Source: Chlamydiota bacterium (GTDB lineage Bacteria; Auribacterota; JACPWU01). Taken from it: DNA of 64,000 nucleotides. The notes beneath the pieces are model-generated. The model did no database searches and was not told the origin of the DNA. It saw only the letters and a list, made by a program, of their open reading frames with translations. Where the stretch lies: assembly GCA_016178055.1 (NCBI GenBank), contig JACOUC010000036.1, positions 9 through 64,008 of the forward strand, written 5' to 3'. The translations under genes were made by a program, and so were the position numbers. Of the stretch, positions 41,501 to 56,500 are shown piece after piece; within the stretch, counting starts at the first letter, position 1, and every line of letters begins with the position of its first letter.

Positions 41501-44500
41501 GGTGTTGAAATCTTTCTAGCGTTAGTATCATCTGGCAAGAGAAGATCCGATTCAGCAGTTTTTTTAGCGCGGCTTCCAACTGTGACGACTTTACCTTGTT
41601 CTAAGATAAAGTTTTCAACACCCGGCTGCCGGCCAGGGGCAAAAATCTTATCCCCCTTTTTAGGAAGAGAAAGGACAAACTGTCCTGAACGGTAATCTAT
41701 ATGTAATATCTCTTTATCAAAGCTTTCGGGTGCGCCAAGTTTTTTAACTAACCCTTTCACTCCTAAAACTAAGGTTCGGTTTGAGAAGTTGCCGGGTCCT
41801 ACCGGAAGACTGTCTCCGCTTTTCAATTCATTTATCCATTTTTCTGCTTCTACTTTGACAGCAGATTCAACGAATGGCGTGGGTGGTTTTTCTTCACCCC
41901 TAAATGAGGTTCGAGAACCCAAATGTTCTACTTCCAAGTCATCTTCAACTCTTTGGATTCTGACATGTTTTTCTGAAAGAGCTTGAAACAGACGGAGTAA
42001 AGTCTTATCATCCCTTCCTAAAATTTGGCCAGCAGTAAGATGATCCTTATTCCATTTACAAAGACTCGTAGAAGAAATTCCTTTCCCTTCAAAAGACAAA
42101 GCAACCCCTCCATCCAGTTGGAGTGAAACTCTGACTTCAATCGACTCCTCACTGCGTGCTCCAGGCACTCTAAGAATCAAATCTTTCTTTTCCAAAACAC
42201 TCATCGGAAAACGCAATAAAGGCCCCGGTTGATCCTTTGCAGTCTTTACTTCACCTAAGGGGGTATTTTCTAGAGGCAAATCTTTCAGTTCTAAAACTTT
42301 TCTTTGAGCTGAAGGCTGGACTGCAAGAGGAGCAAATTTTGAAGGCTGAATCACCTCTTCATAACCGGTCATGTCATCATCTTTTGCACGACCTCGTAAA
42401 GGATGTGTAGAACCTTTATTGGCAGATGTATCTCTAACTTCACGACTCTTTTGAATCAGAAGAAGAGGGGCCTCTCCAGGGGCTGTTTCATCCATGATTT
42501 TATCAATTGAATCGTGGATCGAACCGCCTGGAGTCTCGTCGGGTAAATTATCTCTCAGTCCATCGCACACCCCTATTAAGCGAGTGCCAGCCTTCACTCC
42601 CTCAGCTTTTACGATAACAGGAATACATTTCATACCCGGTGTTAGAGAAGTTCCGAGGGCGTTCCTGTTTTCAAAAACTTCTTTAGGGTTTCCTTGAAGA
42701 TTGCTAGGAAGCAAGTTCTCACAACGATCACAATCACGAAGACTTAGAACGGAGGCCAAGAAAAGTTGAGGGGTGTTTTTTCTAGCCTTATCAGCCTCAT
42801 CCAAAGAGATAGACCTGTTTCTTTGTTCTTCTGAAGGAATATAATTATCAATGGTCATCACACGTAATTTTTTACCGGGTTCCTTCAAATAAAAACCGGT
42901 ATCCCCTACATTAATCACGTAAATATTGGAAGTCCCATCAGATTGGGGAACAATGATCGAAGTTCCTCCCGCTGTTCCCATATTTGAAAGGGGGAAAAAC
43001 GCCTTCCAAAATGCTTCTATAGATTGATTCTCATTGATTGCCCGATCCATTTTCCTATTCATTTCCTTTACAAAATTTCCTATCAATTTTTTAGCATCAT
43101 CTTGTTTCAAATTAAGAAAAGTATTTGAAAACTGTTTTCCTACCTCTATAGTAAAGAATCTCTTCCAATCATTTAAAACAGAATCTTTTAAAGTAAGAAA
43201 ATTATATTGTTTATCTACATCCTGACCATATACAGATTTCAGATAACCCAGAACGGCGTTAGATAAAAGATTTTCAATTGAATAAGCAGCAAAATGACTC
43301 TTCATCACCCCACGAATTTCCGAGACATCAAATGAAAACTTCAAACGCCCCGGAAGCAAATTCAAAACTTTTTCTAAAAATGAATCCAAAAACTCATCCT
43401 CAAAAAGAGGACGGGGAAGACTTGCAACTAATTCAATCGCAAGTTGAGCTTTTTGATAAGCCTCACCCAAAATCGAAGGGATTTGCTCTTCTGAAGCATT
43501 TGAAATTTTTTGTTTAAGATATTCGCTCACGACAACTCTGGCAATGGTGCTGGCCACTTCTCCTCCTGCCGCCCCTCCCATTCCATCAAAGACGCCTCCT
43601 ACAATCATCTCATCCTTCAAAACAATTCTAAAATAACTGTCTTCATTTCGCCCCATGTGTGCATTTGCAGCGAGAGTCGCCATGCTATAGACTCCAGGTT
43701 CTCTCTTGACTTCAATCCCTATCTCCTCCTCTTCAAGTGAAAGTTGGCCCGGCTTATCCTCATAAGAAATCGTTAGACCTTCTCTATAGCCAATGAAAAG
43801 CTTCCCATCGCTAACACGAAGCGAAACACGACCGATCGGTGTGCCTCCGTTAACCGAAGGAAGGCGAATATTTCTAGTATTGGTATGAGGTCCTAAACTG
43901 CCCAAAAGAATTTTTTCTTCTAAAATATCAGTGGCTCTTGATCCCAAACTTACTTCCTCATCATTAGATCCGATCCGAGAAAAATTAAAATTCCCATCTT
44001 CGAGACTAACTTTCACAACAACCGAATTTCCTAAATCTGGCGAAGAACCCGTCCATGTCAGAAGAATATCCTGAGACTCTAGATCTGTCAGATTGATCTC
44101 TTCAAGTCCGGTAGAAGCTATAACATCAAAGTCATCAATGGCTTGATCTATGGTTTGAGTTCGTTGCTGTGGGTCTTTCTCAAGAAGTTTTCTCAACCAA
44201 TCGACCCATGGAGAAGGTAAATTCAGCAAGCGGGGATGATGAGGATTTTTCTCGAAAAAATCTACCGCAACAGTATTCGTTAAAACTTGCCGTTTTTGAC
44301 CTTCGTCAAGAAATGCCTCTGCCCCAAAAGGATTTTTGCCAGTCAAGGCCTCTAAAAAAAGAGTTCCCAGTGAAAATAAATCTGAAGAGAATCGAACGCG
44401 ATAGCCAGGGGCACTTTCAGAAATTTGATCTATATCTACAATCTCAGGGGCCATATAACCAAGCGTTCCAACTATGCGATGAATCTCTTCATTGACCGAA

Positions 44501-47500
44501 ACTGAGATTCCAAAATCTAAAAGGGTTATCCTTCCCGTCTCCTCATCATAAATGATATTTTCCGGCTTAAGATCAAGATGAACAATATTTGCCTGATGCA
44601 CCTTTTGAACAGCCAAGAGAATCCTCCTAAAACATAGCAGCATTCTCTGAATATCGGCCTCTTCCAGAGTCTCCTTAGCCCTAAACCTCTGAATGAAATC
44701 TTTCAGTTGTTTTCCAGATCCATACTCCATCGCAAAATAGTGACGTGTCCCCCCTGTCGTCGGATCTCGATAGGAACTCTTTTCTAACACCCTTGGGACA
44801 ATATTTTCACCTTCCGAAATTTTAACTACAGCCTCTTGCATCTCCATTTCACGATTTCTTGCCTGACCCTGACTCATAGCGGGTTCTTGATCTAATGGGA
44901 CTTTGACAACACACCGTGTTCCTGCGGAATAAGAGCCTTTTGGTTCATCTGATTCAAGAGGTTTAACTAATTCAACCTCGAAGACCTTGGCGATACTTGA
45001 ACTCACCAATAATCCAAGAATTTTGTACTTTTCTCCAAGCGGTGGCAAATTTTGTTCAGGAAAAGAAGCCATCCAATTTTCCGGGGCTGAATCTTTTAAA
45101 AATGGGAATAATTTTTGTTTCATCTGACGAGTTCGTTCAGGCCCCACAATAGAAACAACTCGATCGTAATCAAAATGATTTCTTCGCTCATAGGCTCTTT
45201 GAGCAACATTCTCAAAACCCTTCATGATATCGTTAAATGTCTTTTCGAAAATAGGTCTTAATGTTGAATCTAATGTGGCATTAGGACTTAACCGTCCTTG
45301 GGTTATATTAAATGCCCGTTGAAATTTAGCAATGGCAAAACCCGTTTGATTAAGCTCAAATTCCCTTAACCCTTCAAGAAAACTAACACTCGCTCGGGTA
45401 TAATCAAGCATGCACTCGTGTAATAAATCTAAGCTTTTATCTCGATCAGAGGATTTCTGTTTAATCGTAATCCCTGGAGTTTTTTCCCAAAATTTCTTTA
45501 GGCTTTCCGATAACTGCATCGCACTAGATTTATCACCCCTTTCAAGAGCTTCGCGAACGACCTGATCGTGCCTCTGAACAAGCCCTATCAATCGCGTGTA
45601 TGTACTCTGAAATTGAGTCGGATCTTTAAGAAGGTTATTCCACAAAAGTTCACAGGCTTTCGCATCATCTTGCGTTTGAAGAGCGGCTTCAACCGAATCT
45701 TGTCCCCTTGCTGAGGGGGAATTACGCGGCGGCGCAAGGGCCGCCATCGAAGCCAGAGGAAGGATCTTAAGAAAATCACTGACCCCTCGTGGCACCCATG
45801 AAGGGAGTCTTCCCTCTCGAGCCCGTAAAATAAGACGGTTATATATCGAGTGAATCAACGCAAGACCGATAGAAGCACTGACTAAAGGTGCCACAGGTGC
45901 ACTAAAAATAAATATAGCTACATCATAAATTCCAAGATAAAAAATGGAAAAGTAGACATAGACGACAAAATAGTTTAAAAATTCTCTTTTAAACGCATCC
46001 CCAAAATTTCGATAGCGCTGATCGCTGGGCAAGCGATAGCGATCGATCATCCACAGCACAATCACATGTCCAGCCGAAAAAAGAAACCCGCTCACGAAAA
46101 ATGCAGTCAAAGCCAAAGGCGCCTGCAAAGAGAAATAATCCACACTTCCATGCACTAAAGACCAAAAGAGACCCGTTTCAAGAATGGGTGCTACCCACGT
46201 GATCAGGATCCTTCCCCAGAAGGTCTTTGATGGCTTGATCAGAAATCGCTCACGAAGACTAAGAGCTGCCTCGCTCACTTCTTGACCGTTACGAATATAA
46301 GTTCTGCCAGACTCATGCGCGGACATCCAGGCTGTATCTTCAATAAAAACTGGAATCTCTTTAAACTCCCTTTTATAGAACTCTTTCAATAGTTCTAGAG
46401 CAATCTCACGAATTTTTTTAGAATCACGGCCTGCTGCCTCCCAAATTTGACCTGAAACTGCAAGTAGTTTTTCCTTTTGTTTCTCTCTATCCAGGTTTCT
46501 CATTGCTTCAGGCTCTGGTATGATGATCTGTGTTCCTGTCGGCGAAGAAAGTTTTTTTGCAAACTCCTTGAACAAGTGATGAATGGCCTGGGCATGTCCC
46601 TTTTCAATTTGGGGTATGGCCATAGTACCAGTGTCTAAACCGCCTTGCTGACGAACTTGCTCTTTTACCTCTTCAACCTTTTTCCAATATTCAAAAAGCT
46701 CTGTTTCAAAAAATCTCATAACGTTGATTTCATCCGGGATGGCCGCTAAAGAACCCAGGTAAGCCGTGTATTCATCGTTAGGGCGTGAAAGCCCCTTGTT
46801 CAACAAGTCTGCCAACTCATTCAATTTATGAATCGCTTCATGATAAACGGTGGATAATGTCAAGCGCTCGTCTCTCCCCTCTTTAAGAAGAACATAAACC
46901 TCATCCTGCTTGCTCGGAGCAAAACATCTGTAATTATCCTTATTCGTATAATCTGGTCTGACAAAGGCAACCCGAAATTCTGAATAGGGCTCAAGATGAA
47001 TCGGGATATAAGAGTCTAGGCGGCCCAAAAGAACGATGTCGGACGGGTGGGCATAAAAGACAAGATGATAGGGCTTGAAGAATTGTCTTAAGAATTCAGC
47101 GGCTTGTGTATAATTCCAGCTCTTTTGAAGAACGGCTCCCACAGATTCCACAAGTTTGGGATTTTTCCTTTTCATGTCACTGATCCAGGTCTGATATTCA
47201 CCACCATCCGCCTGAAGCTTGCCTTGAAAGAATTTCAATAACATTGAATAAATCCCTTCTGCTTGAGGCTGGGTATAGGTTGGTCTGAAAGATTCACCCT
47301 TTAGAAGAACCTCCCCATAAACCTTCAGGCTTGTCTCAAACCAATCAAATACAAATATTTCACCATCCTTTCCGTCAAAGAACAATTTCCTCAACTGGCT
47401 GTGAGCACTTCGATCTTGGCTAAAAAAAGCGCTTTTATCTTGAGAAGAAACCTCAACATTCGAAACGTACTCATTCACCTGACGTGTGAGAAAGGTTGAA

Positions 47501-50500
47501 TTGTCAACGATGCTCCAACTATTTTCTTTAATCAAAGAGCCCCAGGCCAGCACATGAGCCATTCGAATAATATTGGGGCGGCCTTTCTCCATAAAGGATG
47601 GAGGAATTTTTGCTTGTAACTCCAAATCTTGCGGCAATGTCCAACGCAGCTTGTGATACCAAGCGGCTTTCAGCTTTTCAAACTGAAGCGCCTCGGCACG
47701 TTCGGACTCATTAAGACTCTGATCCATAAAGATGTAATAAACAGGATTTTGTCCATCACTACTTTCAACAGGCAAGAGATAGGCCCCTGTAAAAGATTTT
47801 AGATGCTGGCCGATGACATCACTTTCATTCTGACTGTCATAATTAAAAATACGACAAGTGATGGCTTCATTATTAATGGTTTCCGTTGTCACCTCTCCCT
47901 GTGTGGAAATAGGCAATTCAACTGTTTTCTCTAGGTTAATGGTTTTCCCAAGACGGAGCGCTACCCTTTGCCCCTGAATCTGTTGCGCTTTGATTAGAAT
48001 CACTCCATCACCCTCTTTCCCCAAACTATCTCCCTCGCTCCAAATATTCTTACGAGCGCCGCCACCGGTGATATTGGGCGGATTAATCGAGGGAACTCGC
48101 AGAAGAGCGGGGGCTAAACTTCCACTGCTTAAGAGGCTTAGGCTCAAAATGACACCGCTCATTCTTCGGGCAAGAATTCCATGCTGCCTCAACCAATTCC
48201 AAACGGGATAGAGCCAATTCATCCTTCCTTTAAGTTCTCTTCTCGCCTCATCTCTAAACCTTTCTTCATAGGTATGAATAGAATCTATCGAAAGAATCGG
48301 ATAGCGATATTTTTGCAAAAGAGGATTGATGAGCCCAGACAATTGATTTTGATAATTAATTCTTGCTTGAATATTTTCGGCCTTAAATGCACTTTCAACA
48401 AATCCTGCCAATTCAGTCCCATTCATCTCTAATATTTTCAAACGGCTTAATTGAGTCAATCCTTCAGGTGTTTGACCCGCTTCAAGGTAGGATTGAACTT
48501 GATGGGCAATGATTGTGGCTAGAATAAGAGCTTTATCAGTATTGGGATGATCCCGCTCATCAGCATCAAAACGCTCCTCTACACCCGGAAGAGCAAGTAG
48601 CTGTGTTTTTAATTGAGAGTCCCTTTCACCCAAAGCAGCTAAAATAATCTGAATGATTTGCCATTCTCCACTTTCATGTCTCAAAACTTCGTCAAATGCT
48701 TGACTTGGCTTCCCCTGACTGCAAAGATCTTGCCTTACCTGAATAGCAAGGGCTGTAGCAGTGCCCTCATGCCCTCCATGATGGCCTCTTGGAAAATTTT
48801 TCAGAGAAAGAGAAGGTTCTACTGCTTGATCCGTTACAGGATTTAAAATGGGCTGACCTGACCATACAAGAGAAGGCGAAACTTTATCAGTCACAGATCC
48901 AGATGCAGCCAAGGAAAGTGGAAGAGCTGAGTCATCACCCGGATAGCCCACAAATGGTTCCCGTCTCATAGATCCGACTAGAGGTATTTCACCTAAAGAT
49001 GGAGCAACAACCGCAGGCACACTCGCAAGTCTAGGCAAGAGCCCAAGCCGAGATTGAGTCGGAGGTTGAAGCTCACGCATGGCCGTGGGTAAAAGGCCTT
49101 GATAAATATTTAGAATGATTTCTCTAGAAAGATCTACCATTGCTTGAGCAATTTGTTCAGCTGAAATTTGTTGTTCTCGTCCTGGAGGGCCACGAACACC
49201 TGCAAGTTTATTTAACAAAACAGGAGGAGCTCTTCCCGAAGAGGGTTCTACCCATTTTTGAAGTTCTAGAGCAACAGCCTCACGTGATTTAAGAATACCC
49301 TTTACATATAACGCCTTCTTTGCGAGTGCATGAAGTGTTTCCATTCCTGGGCCTGAGAGACCTGCCTTCAATCCTGCATCACGAATTCGAGCCATATATT
49401 TGGCAGTCTTCATTAAAGTTTGGATCGGATCCCCCTGATACGACTCTCTCTGGTGCTCAAATTTACCTAAGAGCTCAGTCATGGAATGAAGGTAACGCAA
49501 GGGCGTCATATCGATGAATTCAATTCTCTCACCCTCTTTCTGCATTTGATTGACCACATGGAAAATAGCCCCTGTAGAATAGTGAGGATCTTTCTCGAAA
49601 AGACGGACTTCCATGGAGAGGCTTAACAACTGAACTCTCTGGGACATACTCAGCGGTATAATATTTTCTTGAGTGACGACATTATTTTCTTCCTTGAAAC
49701 GAGCTAATCTCTCAAGCTTCCTTCGTAAAATTCGACGTCTGGCTTCTTCTTCCCGCAATCCCTCTGGAATTGTTGGATCCAAATTTGAGATTTCAGCGGC
49801 AAGCTGCCCTTGTACTTTTCCATAGTAGGCCTCGGCTTGTGCCAAAAAATCTTGCAAGGAAGGAATTTCCTTTAAAGACTTCCACATTTCATGGGAAGGA
49901 CCCCCCCCATCGATCAAAAAAGCAGTATAGGCGACCTGAGTCTCCAATAGCAATGCCTGTTGACGACGAAGAGAATCTTCTTGGCGAGAGATATCGATGA
50001 TCAAGGGGTCTCCATAAGAATTTGCATCGAAAACCTGATAAGAAGAATCTTGAAAGCCCGCCTCTTTCCAAACATCATCAAAGGCCATCAAAATCCGCTC
50101 GGACCCTTCATTGAGAATGCTGAGGTCATAATCACTCCCCATTCCAACTGAACCTGTAGAGTTTAAACGGACTTCTCGGAAATTTTTGATTTTTGAATGA
50201 ACTTTAATCCAAGAATAATTCTGATGAGCCCTTTCTTCCGCCTTCATTAAAAGGGTATCCACAACCGCCTTTCTCTGTCGTTCAAAAGCCTTTTGAAGTT
50301 CTTCAGAAAGATTAAATTCTTTCACCCATGCACGAATCTGATCCCAATCTTGCACCTCTTTAAAAAAGGCAAGAAAACGCTCATCCACCCCCTCATCGGT
50401 GACTTGGGAAAGTCCATTTCCAACAGAAGATAAAAGCTTTTGAAGAGGAAGAGGAAGCGGCTGATGAATCCTCTGGATAATATTTCCTTTATAAAAATCA

Positions 50501-53500
50501 AAGTCATAGGTCAAAAGATTTCCCTTTCGATCGGTAGAAGTAAAAAAAGTTTCTTTCAAAACGCCCAGGGCATCGCGAAAATAAGTTTCTGCCTCTACTC
50601 CAAACTTCTGAAGTAATTCTGAGCTCCGCGAAAGATTTTTTAAGAGATATTCCAACTCCTTTGAATTCATCATGTACCATGAACCCGCAATGGCGACCAC
50701 CTCATGGGGATTTTGTTTCCAATGAGACCGGTCTCCCTCTTTATCTTCTCTAAGTTGGCTGAAAGAAATACCTGCCTGACGAAGTTGAATCGCTCGAGCC
50801 TCAAGAAAACCAAATAGATCATCCCCTTTTGTCTCTTTAAATTGAGCGATTTCCTCATCTATTTGGAAAACATCGCCTGTTAGCTGGATCATATCTTTTT
50901 TGTTCAACAAATTCATATATTCATAAAGATCCGAACTCACATAAACCACCTCTTCTCCTCGTTCCTGACGAACCCAACCGTCTGGTTGCAATGATCTAAA
51001 GCCCTCAATACTGAGGGAAGCAAGCTGATCCATTGTAAACCTGCTCCCTGCATCATCAATATAAGCGGTAAACCCCGAAGCCTTACTCATACGAATCCAA
51101 CGATCAACAGAGAAGAGAGGCGTTTTTTCACGATTTGAGCCCGTCGAGAGTTTGTGACACAGCTCATGAAAAAATGTGACCGCCATCGGCTCACTTGTTC
51201 TTTGTTGCTCTAACAGTTGAAAATTAAGTGAAAGGGAAAGAACCGTTTGAGCAAGCCGAGCTACCCCCAGTGAAGACATTCCTCTTTCCGCACCTGAAAA
51301 AGCAATAAAGGTACGATAGGCATCCGTCATGGGGCGGGGAAGAAAACTGACGGCCTCTTCCATTTCTTTTATGAAAGACTCTGGAATGGGTGCCTCAATC
51401 GCAATGTTACGTGCTCGAGCCTCAAGGTGGAGCAAAACTAGATGATATAAAATAGATGATTTCCACTCTGCTTCTCTTCCCAGGACAAAATTTCTTTGGA
51501 GATATGAAAGCAAATTTTGTCCTTCCCGATCTATGCCTCTTTCCTCTTTTTTATATTTTTGAAAGAGAAAATCATTAAAAAGATGGCTAACCATATGATT
51601 GAGAATTGCATCCCCAACATCCGGAATGTAGGATAGTGCGATCATCAAAGCCCCTATCTCATCTTGGGTCAGCTCAAGTCCGCCAAGAGGATTTTGGAAA
51701 GTGCGGTCAAACACGGAAAGATGAACCGTCCTGGTTTCAAGACAATTTGATACAAATAGGACCAGTTGATCCTTAAGCTCAGGTCGTATAGGTAAAGGCC
51801 TCAGCTTTTGTTTGAAGCTCTCTAATTCAGGCCTTTCTACAACCGTTTGTCCCCCCAAAACTTCCAGTTTCACCGTTTCAGCTATATCAAGTCTGCGAGG
51901 CTCAACCGAAGGAACCAATATCGCTGAATCCCCTTCCACAGAACGGGCCGGCATAGATGTAAAAATACCGCTGGGTTTAAAAGCAATGGAAACTGGAACA
52001 ACCTCGCGTACAGTAGAATCATGTTTTCCATTAATACCCTCAACAATTGTGGCTGTACTCGTAAGAGCTTGCTTCAAAGCACTTATTTTATCCTTTATGT
52101 TTAAATATGAACCATTTAAAAAATTAATCACTTCCTTCAAAGCAGGGGTCACCACAGCAACATTTGCTTGGTAAAAACGAAGAGCGGCCTCTAAATCAGA
52201 ATAGCTATAATGTACCGCCAAATAAGCAGCAACTTTCTTTACAGAATCAAGGTCCCCTTCTTCGAGAAGAGGAAGCTGTTTATTTAACCCAACTTCTTTG
52301 CCGTCTCTAACATAGACACGAGACAATTCATGAGCCCTCATCCAGCTTGTATCCTCTACAAAATCTGGGACATACCCAAGTCCTTTTTCATCCCTGTAAA
52401 ACTCTTTCATGAGTTCCAAAGCAATATCATGAATCTTGTTGGAATCCTGGCCTAAATCTAGCCAAATTTTTTGCGAGATAGCCTTTAATTTTTCCTTTTG
52501 TTCACTCCTAGACAACCCCTGCAAATCAATAAACTTAGGAATAACAATTGGAATTGCGGTCCTTGCAGAAACTTTTTTGGCAAATTCTTTGAATAAATGA
52601 TGAATGGCCTTGGAATGCCCCCCTTTATCGTCGCTTTCAACAGCCAAAGTGTTTGAAGTTGATTCACCTCGTCCACGCGCTTGGGCTTTAGCTAATTCGG
52701 CCTCTTCCCAATAGCCAAAAAGCTCTGTCTCAAAAAAACGCTTCACATTGACTTCATCAGGAATGGCAATCAAGGAGGCAACGTAAGCCGTATATTCATC
52801 ATCAGCAAAACTCAATTTAAAATGTGGATTTATCTTTTTTAATAAAGCATTAAAATTATGCAAAGCTTCATGATAACCTGTGGAAAGTCTTAAGCGCTCA
52901 AGTTCTTCACTAGAAAGTTCCCGCCGACTCTCGCTATCCTGCAATAGAACATAAACTTCATCATTTATTCCCGGAATTTTAAAACCTCGGGCATTTCCTC
53001 GATTATCGTAATCTGGATGAACAAAAAGGATACGAAATGGGGGATGAAGACCTAAACTGATCGGAATGTATGAATCTAGGCGACCGAGCAAGATCGAACC
53101 ATAAGCTCTTCTACTCTGGAAAACAAAATGGTAGGGTTTAAAAAATTCCCTTAAAAATTCTGCGGCGGCAGCATAGCCCTGTCCTTTTTTGAGGATAATT
53201 TCAATATTTTTAAAAAGCTCTGTATCTCTATTTTTGGGGGAAAAGCTTACTTCTATTGAAGGATTTCCACTTTGAAGAGATACTCGAAAGCGGTTGTAAA
53301 TTTCTTCAACCTCTGCCTGTGTGTAGGACAACGGTTTTTCTACAGAGGATAGTGAATAAGGGCTCTTATTCTTTCCAAGATGCCTTACAATCAAATGACC
53401 CTGACTATCCTTCTTTAATGAAAGATGAAAACGAGATATCAGACTTTCAGAATCCTTAATAACTAAATTGAGACTCTTCGGAGAGCTTCCAGCAAATGGC

Positions 53501-56500
53501 GAACTTCCAACCCGTAATTCTTGATCACCAACCTGAATGACGCTCTCACCAGAAACCACAATGAATTGACCCTTTGCTGAATCATATGTAATAGTAATAG
53601 GCGCCTCTGAATAACCTGCGAGTTTGACCTGTAAAATTTTTCCAGATAAGAGATCAGGTGAAATGCGGTAGAATTCTCCTTTCTTCCAAACTCCTTCTTC
53701 CAGCGATATAGATTGTGAAAATCTGATTAAGGCTTCTTCCTTCCATTGATCTATTTTTTGGGCCAGCTCACCAAGGACATCCGCATATTTAACAGGCAAA
53801 CCTTGCTGGACATATTCTTTAATCTTTGATTTATATTCACGAGCACTTTTGAGATTGTCTAAATAAGCCCAATCGCCTCGTTGAGTTGCACTGAAAATTT
53901 CATAACGAATTCTTTCTCCTTGAGAAGCTCTATATTCTGCAACCACCCCAACTCGATGCGCATGAAGTTGAACTTTAGAATCCTTAGATTGTTTGGCCAA
54001 ATTTTCTTTTGTCTCATGGAGAGCGACACCTCTGATCATTTTCATGATATCAAAATCAAGGGCTCTCGCTTCTTTCAAAGACTCTAGGCTCATCACCGTA
54101 TAAAGTTTTCCATCCACTTCAAAACTGAGGGTCGAACTCTTGCCGCGCGAGCCTTCAAAGAAAACAGAAGTCGAATCTGTCCCCGAACGCAAAGCCCCCG
54201 GTAAATCTTTTAGAGAGGTAATAAAAATATTATTCTCTTTAAGCCAATCAGATTCATCTTTTTTCAAACCTAGTCCAGGGGAACTTCCATTCACCAAACC
54301 AATCTGTAAACGTTGAAGAACCATTACAAAATCTATCGAACTCAATGAAGTTAAATCCCCTAATGCCAATTCCTGATGCTCGCCCACCGGCTGAGCGGTG
54401 GAAAGAGGAATTATTTCCGCTACCGGAGGGCCACTGGCTTCGAGAGCAGCTATATTAACTTCTACCTCAGACAGCTGTAACCCCATAACCTGACTGGTTT
54501 TTCCATCGATTAAAAAAGTAGCGAGATTAATTATTAAATTTTTTCCGGGCAAACCTTCAAGAGGAATCGCACATAAAAGCTCGCTTCCTTGTAAAATGAA
54601 TTTTAAATTTTGAAGATCTAGAGAGAAATCTCGAAGAATAGCCCCTGGCGACGACCGATCTTGTTCGAGCGCAGTCGAGAACCCGCTCTTTCCCATAGCC
54701 TGAAGCCTTGCCCCAACAAAATCACCAAAAGATTGTGGACTGACAGCCGCATCAGTTGCTTTAAATTCAGCATAAAGACTTTTTAAAATGGTCGAAATCA
54801 ACTGAAGTTCATAGGCAATAATCGGAGCTCGGTCTTCGGGAAGGCCTTCAGCATTGGTCATGAGCCAATGCATGAGACTCTTCTGGCTCGAGGCTCGAGG
54901 CTGGAGGCTAGAGGAGGAAATAGGAAGAGATTCATTTTCTGCTTCTTCGGTTTGTTTTTTTTCTTTTGTTTCTGCCTCGAGCTTCGAGCCTCGAGCTTCG
55001 AGCCTAAGATTTTCCCCCACCCATTTCTCAAAAGGGGTCAGCTCCCCCATCATTACAGATTCATAGCGGTCCGCAGAAGATGCATTAAAATGAGGGATGA
55101 AGACAACATACGAGTAGCCCGCCTGTTTCAAGGCTTCCTTTAGAGCTGGAGTATGGAACCCCCCGGTCATCACGGCCCCGAAAGACTCATCAGACTCTTT
55201 CAAGCGATTTAACGCCCGAAGCGTCATTTCATGATCCCGTTCAAGCGTTGCTTCATAATAAGGTTCGATCTGGCTAAGCCGATCGGCCAAGGGATAATGG
55301 ATATCTTCAGCATGCTCTTCTACAGTGTAAGCCCCCGATTCATGCTGAATGAATTTTAAAATTTTTGGAATGAGCTTATCTTTTTTAGAAACGTATTCCT
55401 GATATTCAGATTTCTCAATGGAGAGATCTGTAAGGCGATCCAGAAGATTAATAAAGGATGAATAGAGGCATAAAGATTTTTCTTCCTCGGTCACACATTC
55501 AGCAAATAAGGTTTCAAAGGCAAGTTTTTGGATTTGTTCAAAGAGGAGGGCATCACTGACTTTTTGCACCGCTTCGAGATAGTTCATGTAGTTTTGGATA
55601 TTTGGATAAGAATTTGAAATGCTCGAGGCTCGAGGCTCGAGGATCGAAGCAGGCATAGAAAGCTCCATAAACCTCTTCACTGTCTGATAAAATTCTAAGG
55701 GGGCAATCTCATTCAAACGATACGATAAAGTCTGCTCTAAAAATTTGGCCATTTCCTCATCACTGGCCTTTCCGTTGACGGCGATGAGAAGCTTTCCCAT
55801 TTCATTGTGAATTTTCTTTAGATCAATATTTTTCTTGAAGGGAAGCGTTGCAAGATAAGGCTTAATCTCTGAAAAATTTTCAAGATTGATTTTTGCCTTT
55901 TCGCTCTCCCTCATGAGACTTCCCATAAAATGCTCTAAATCTATTTTGTAGGTAAGATAGTCATTCAATTCCCTTACAAAACTCTGAACTTCACCTGTAT
56001 AGACATAATCCGAAAACTGAGCCATTAAAATTTTTAATTTAGCAATATGCTCTTTCAATTCTTTGCGAAGAGAGACCGTATCCCGGTAGGCATGATAATT
56101 TTTTAAGTAGAGATGGATATCCTCAATCCCATAAAGTTGAAGAGGCTTTTCTCCATTGATCGCTTCAAACTCAGCACCCGTGAGCTGACCCAAATTGAGA
56201 TATTCCTCGGACACCTCTTTTAATATTTTTTTATCGGGGAAAGATCGAAAGCGTTGGGTCGAGAGCTCACCCGAGGCGGCTTCGATGTTGATCCTTTTAA
56301 GATTATATTTTTGAGCGAGATATTCTAAGAGGTCCACCGTATTTTTCTGAGCTTGAGGATGGGCATGAATATCCTGAAAGAGGAAAACGGTATGGCTTGA
56401 GTTCGGCGCTTGATACGTCTCGATCACCCGTCCCAGCTCTGTCGGAATAAAAATAGAGGAAGAATTTTCAAGAGAAGAAATGGACGCCGCTTCTTTAGCC

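Noticed and set aside
44169-44495. Plus-strand ORFs inside ORF2 (44169..44495, 51812..52174, 40771..41025 and others)
   Set aside because: They are short, lack start signals and show antisense-type composition, and they overlap kinase and other conserved blocks on the minus strand.
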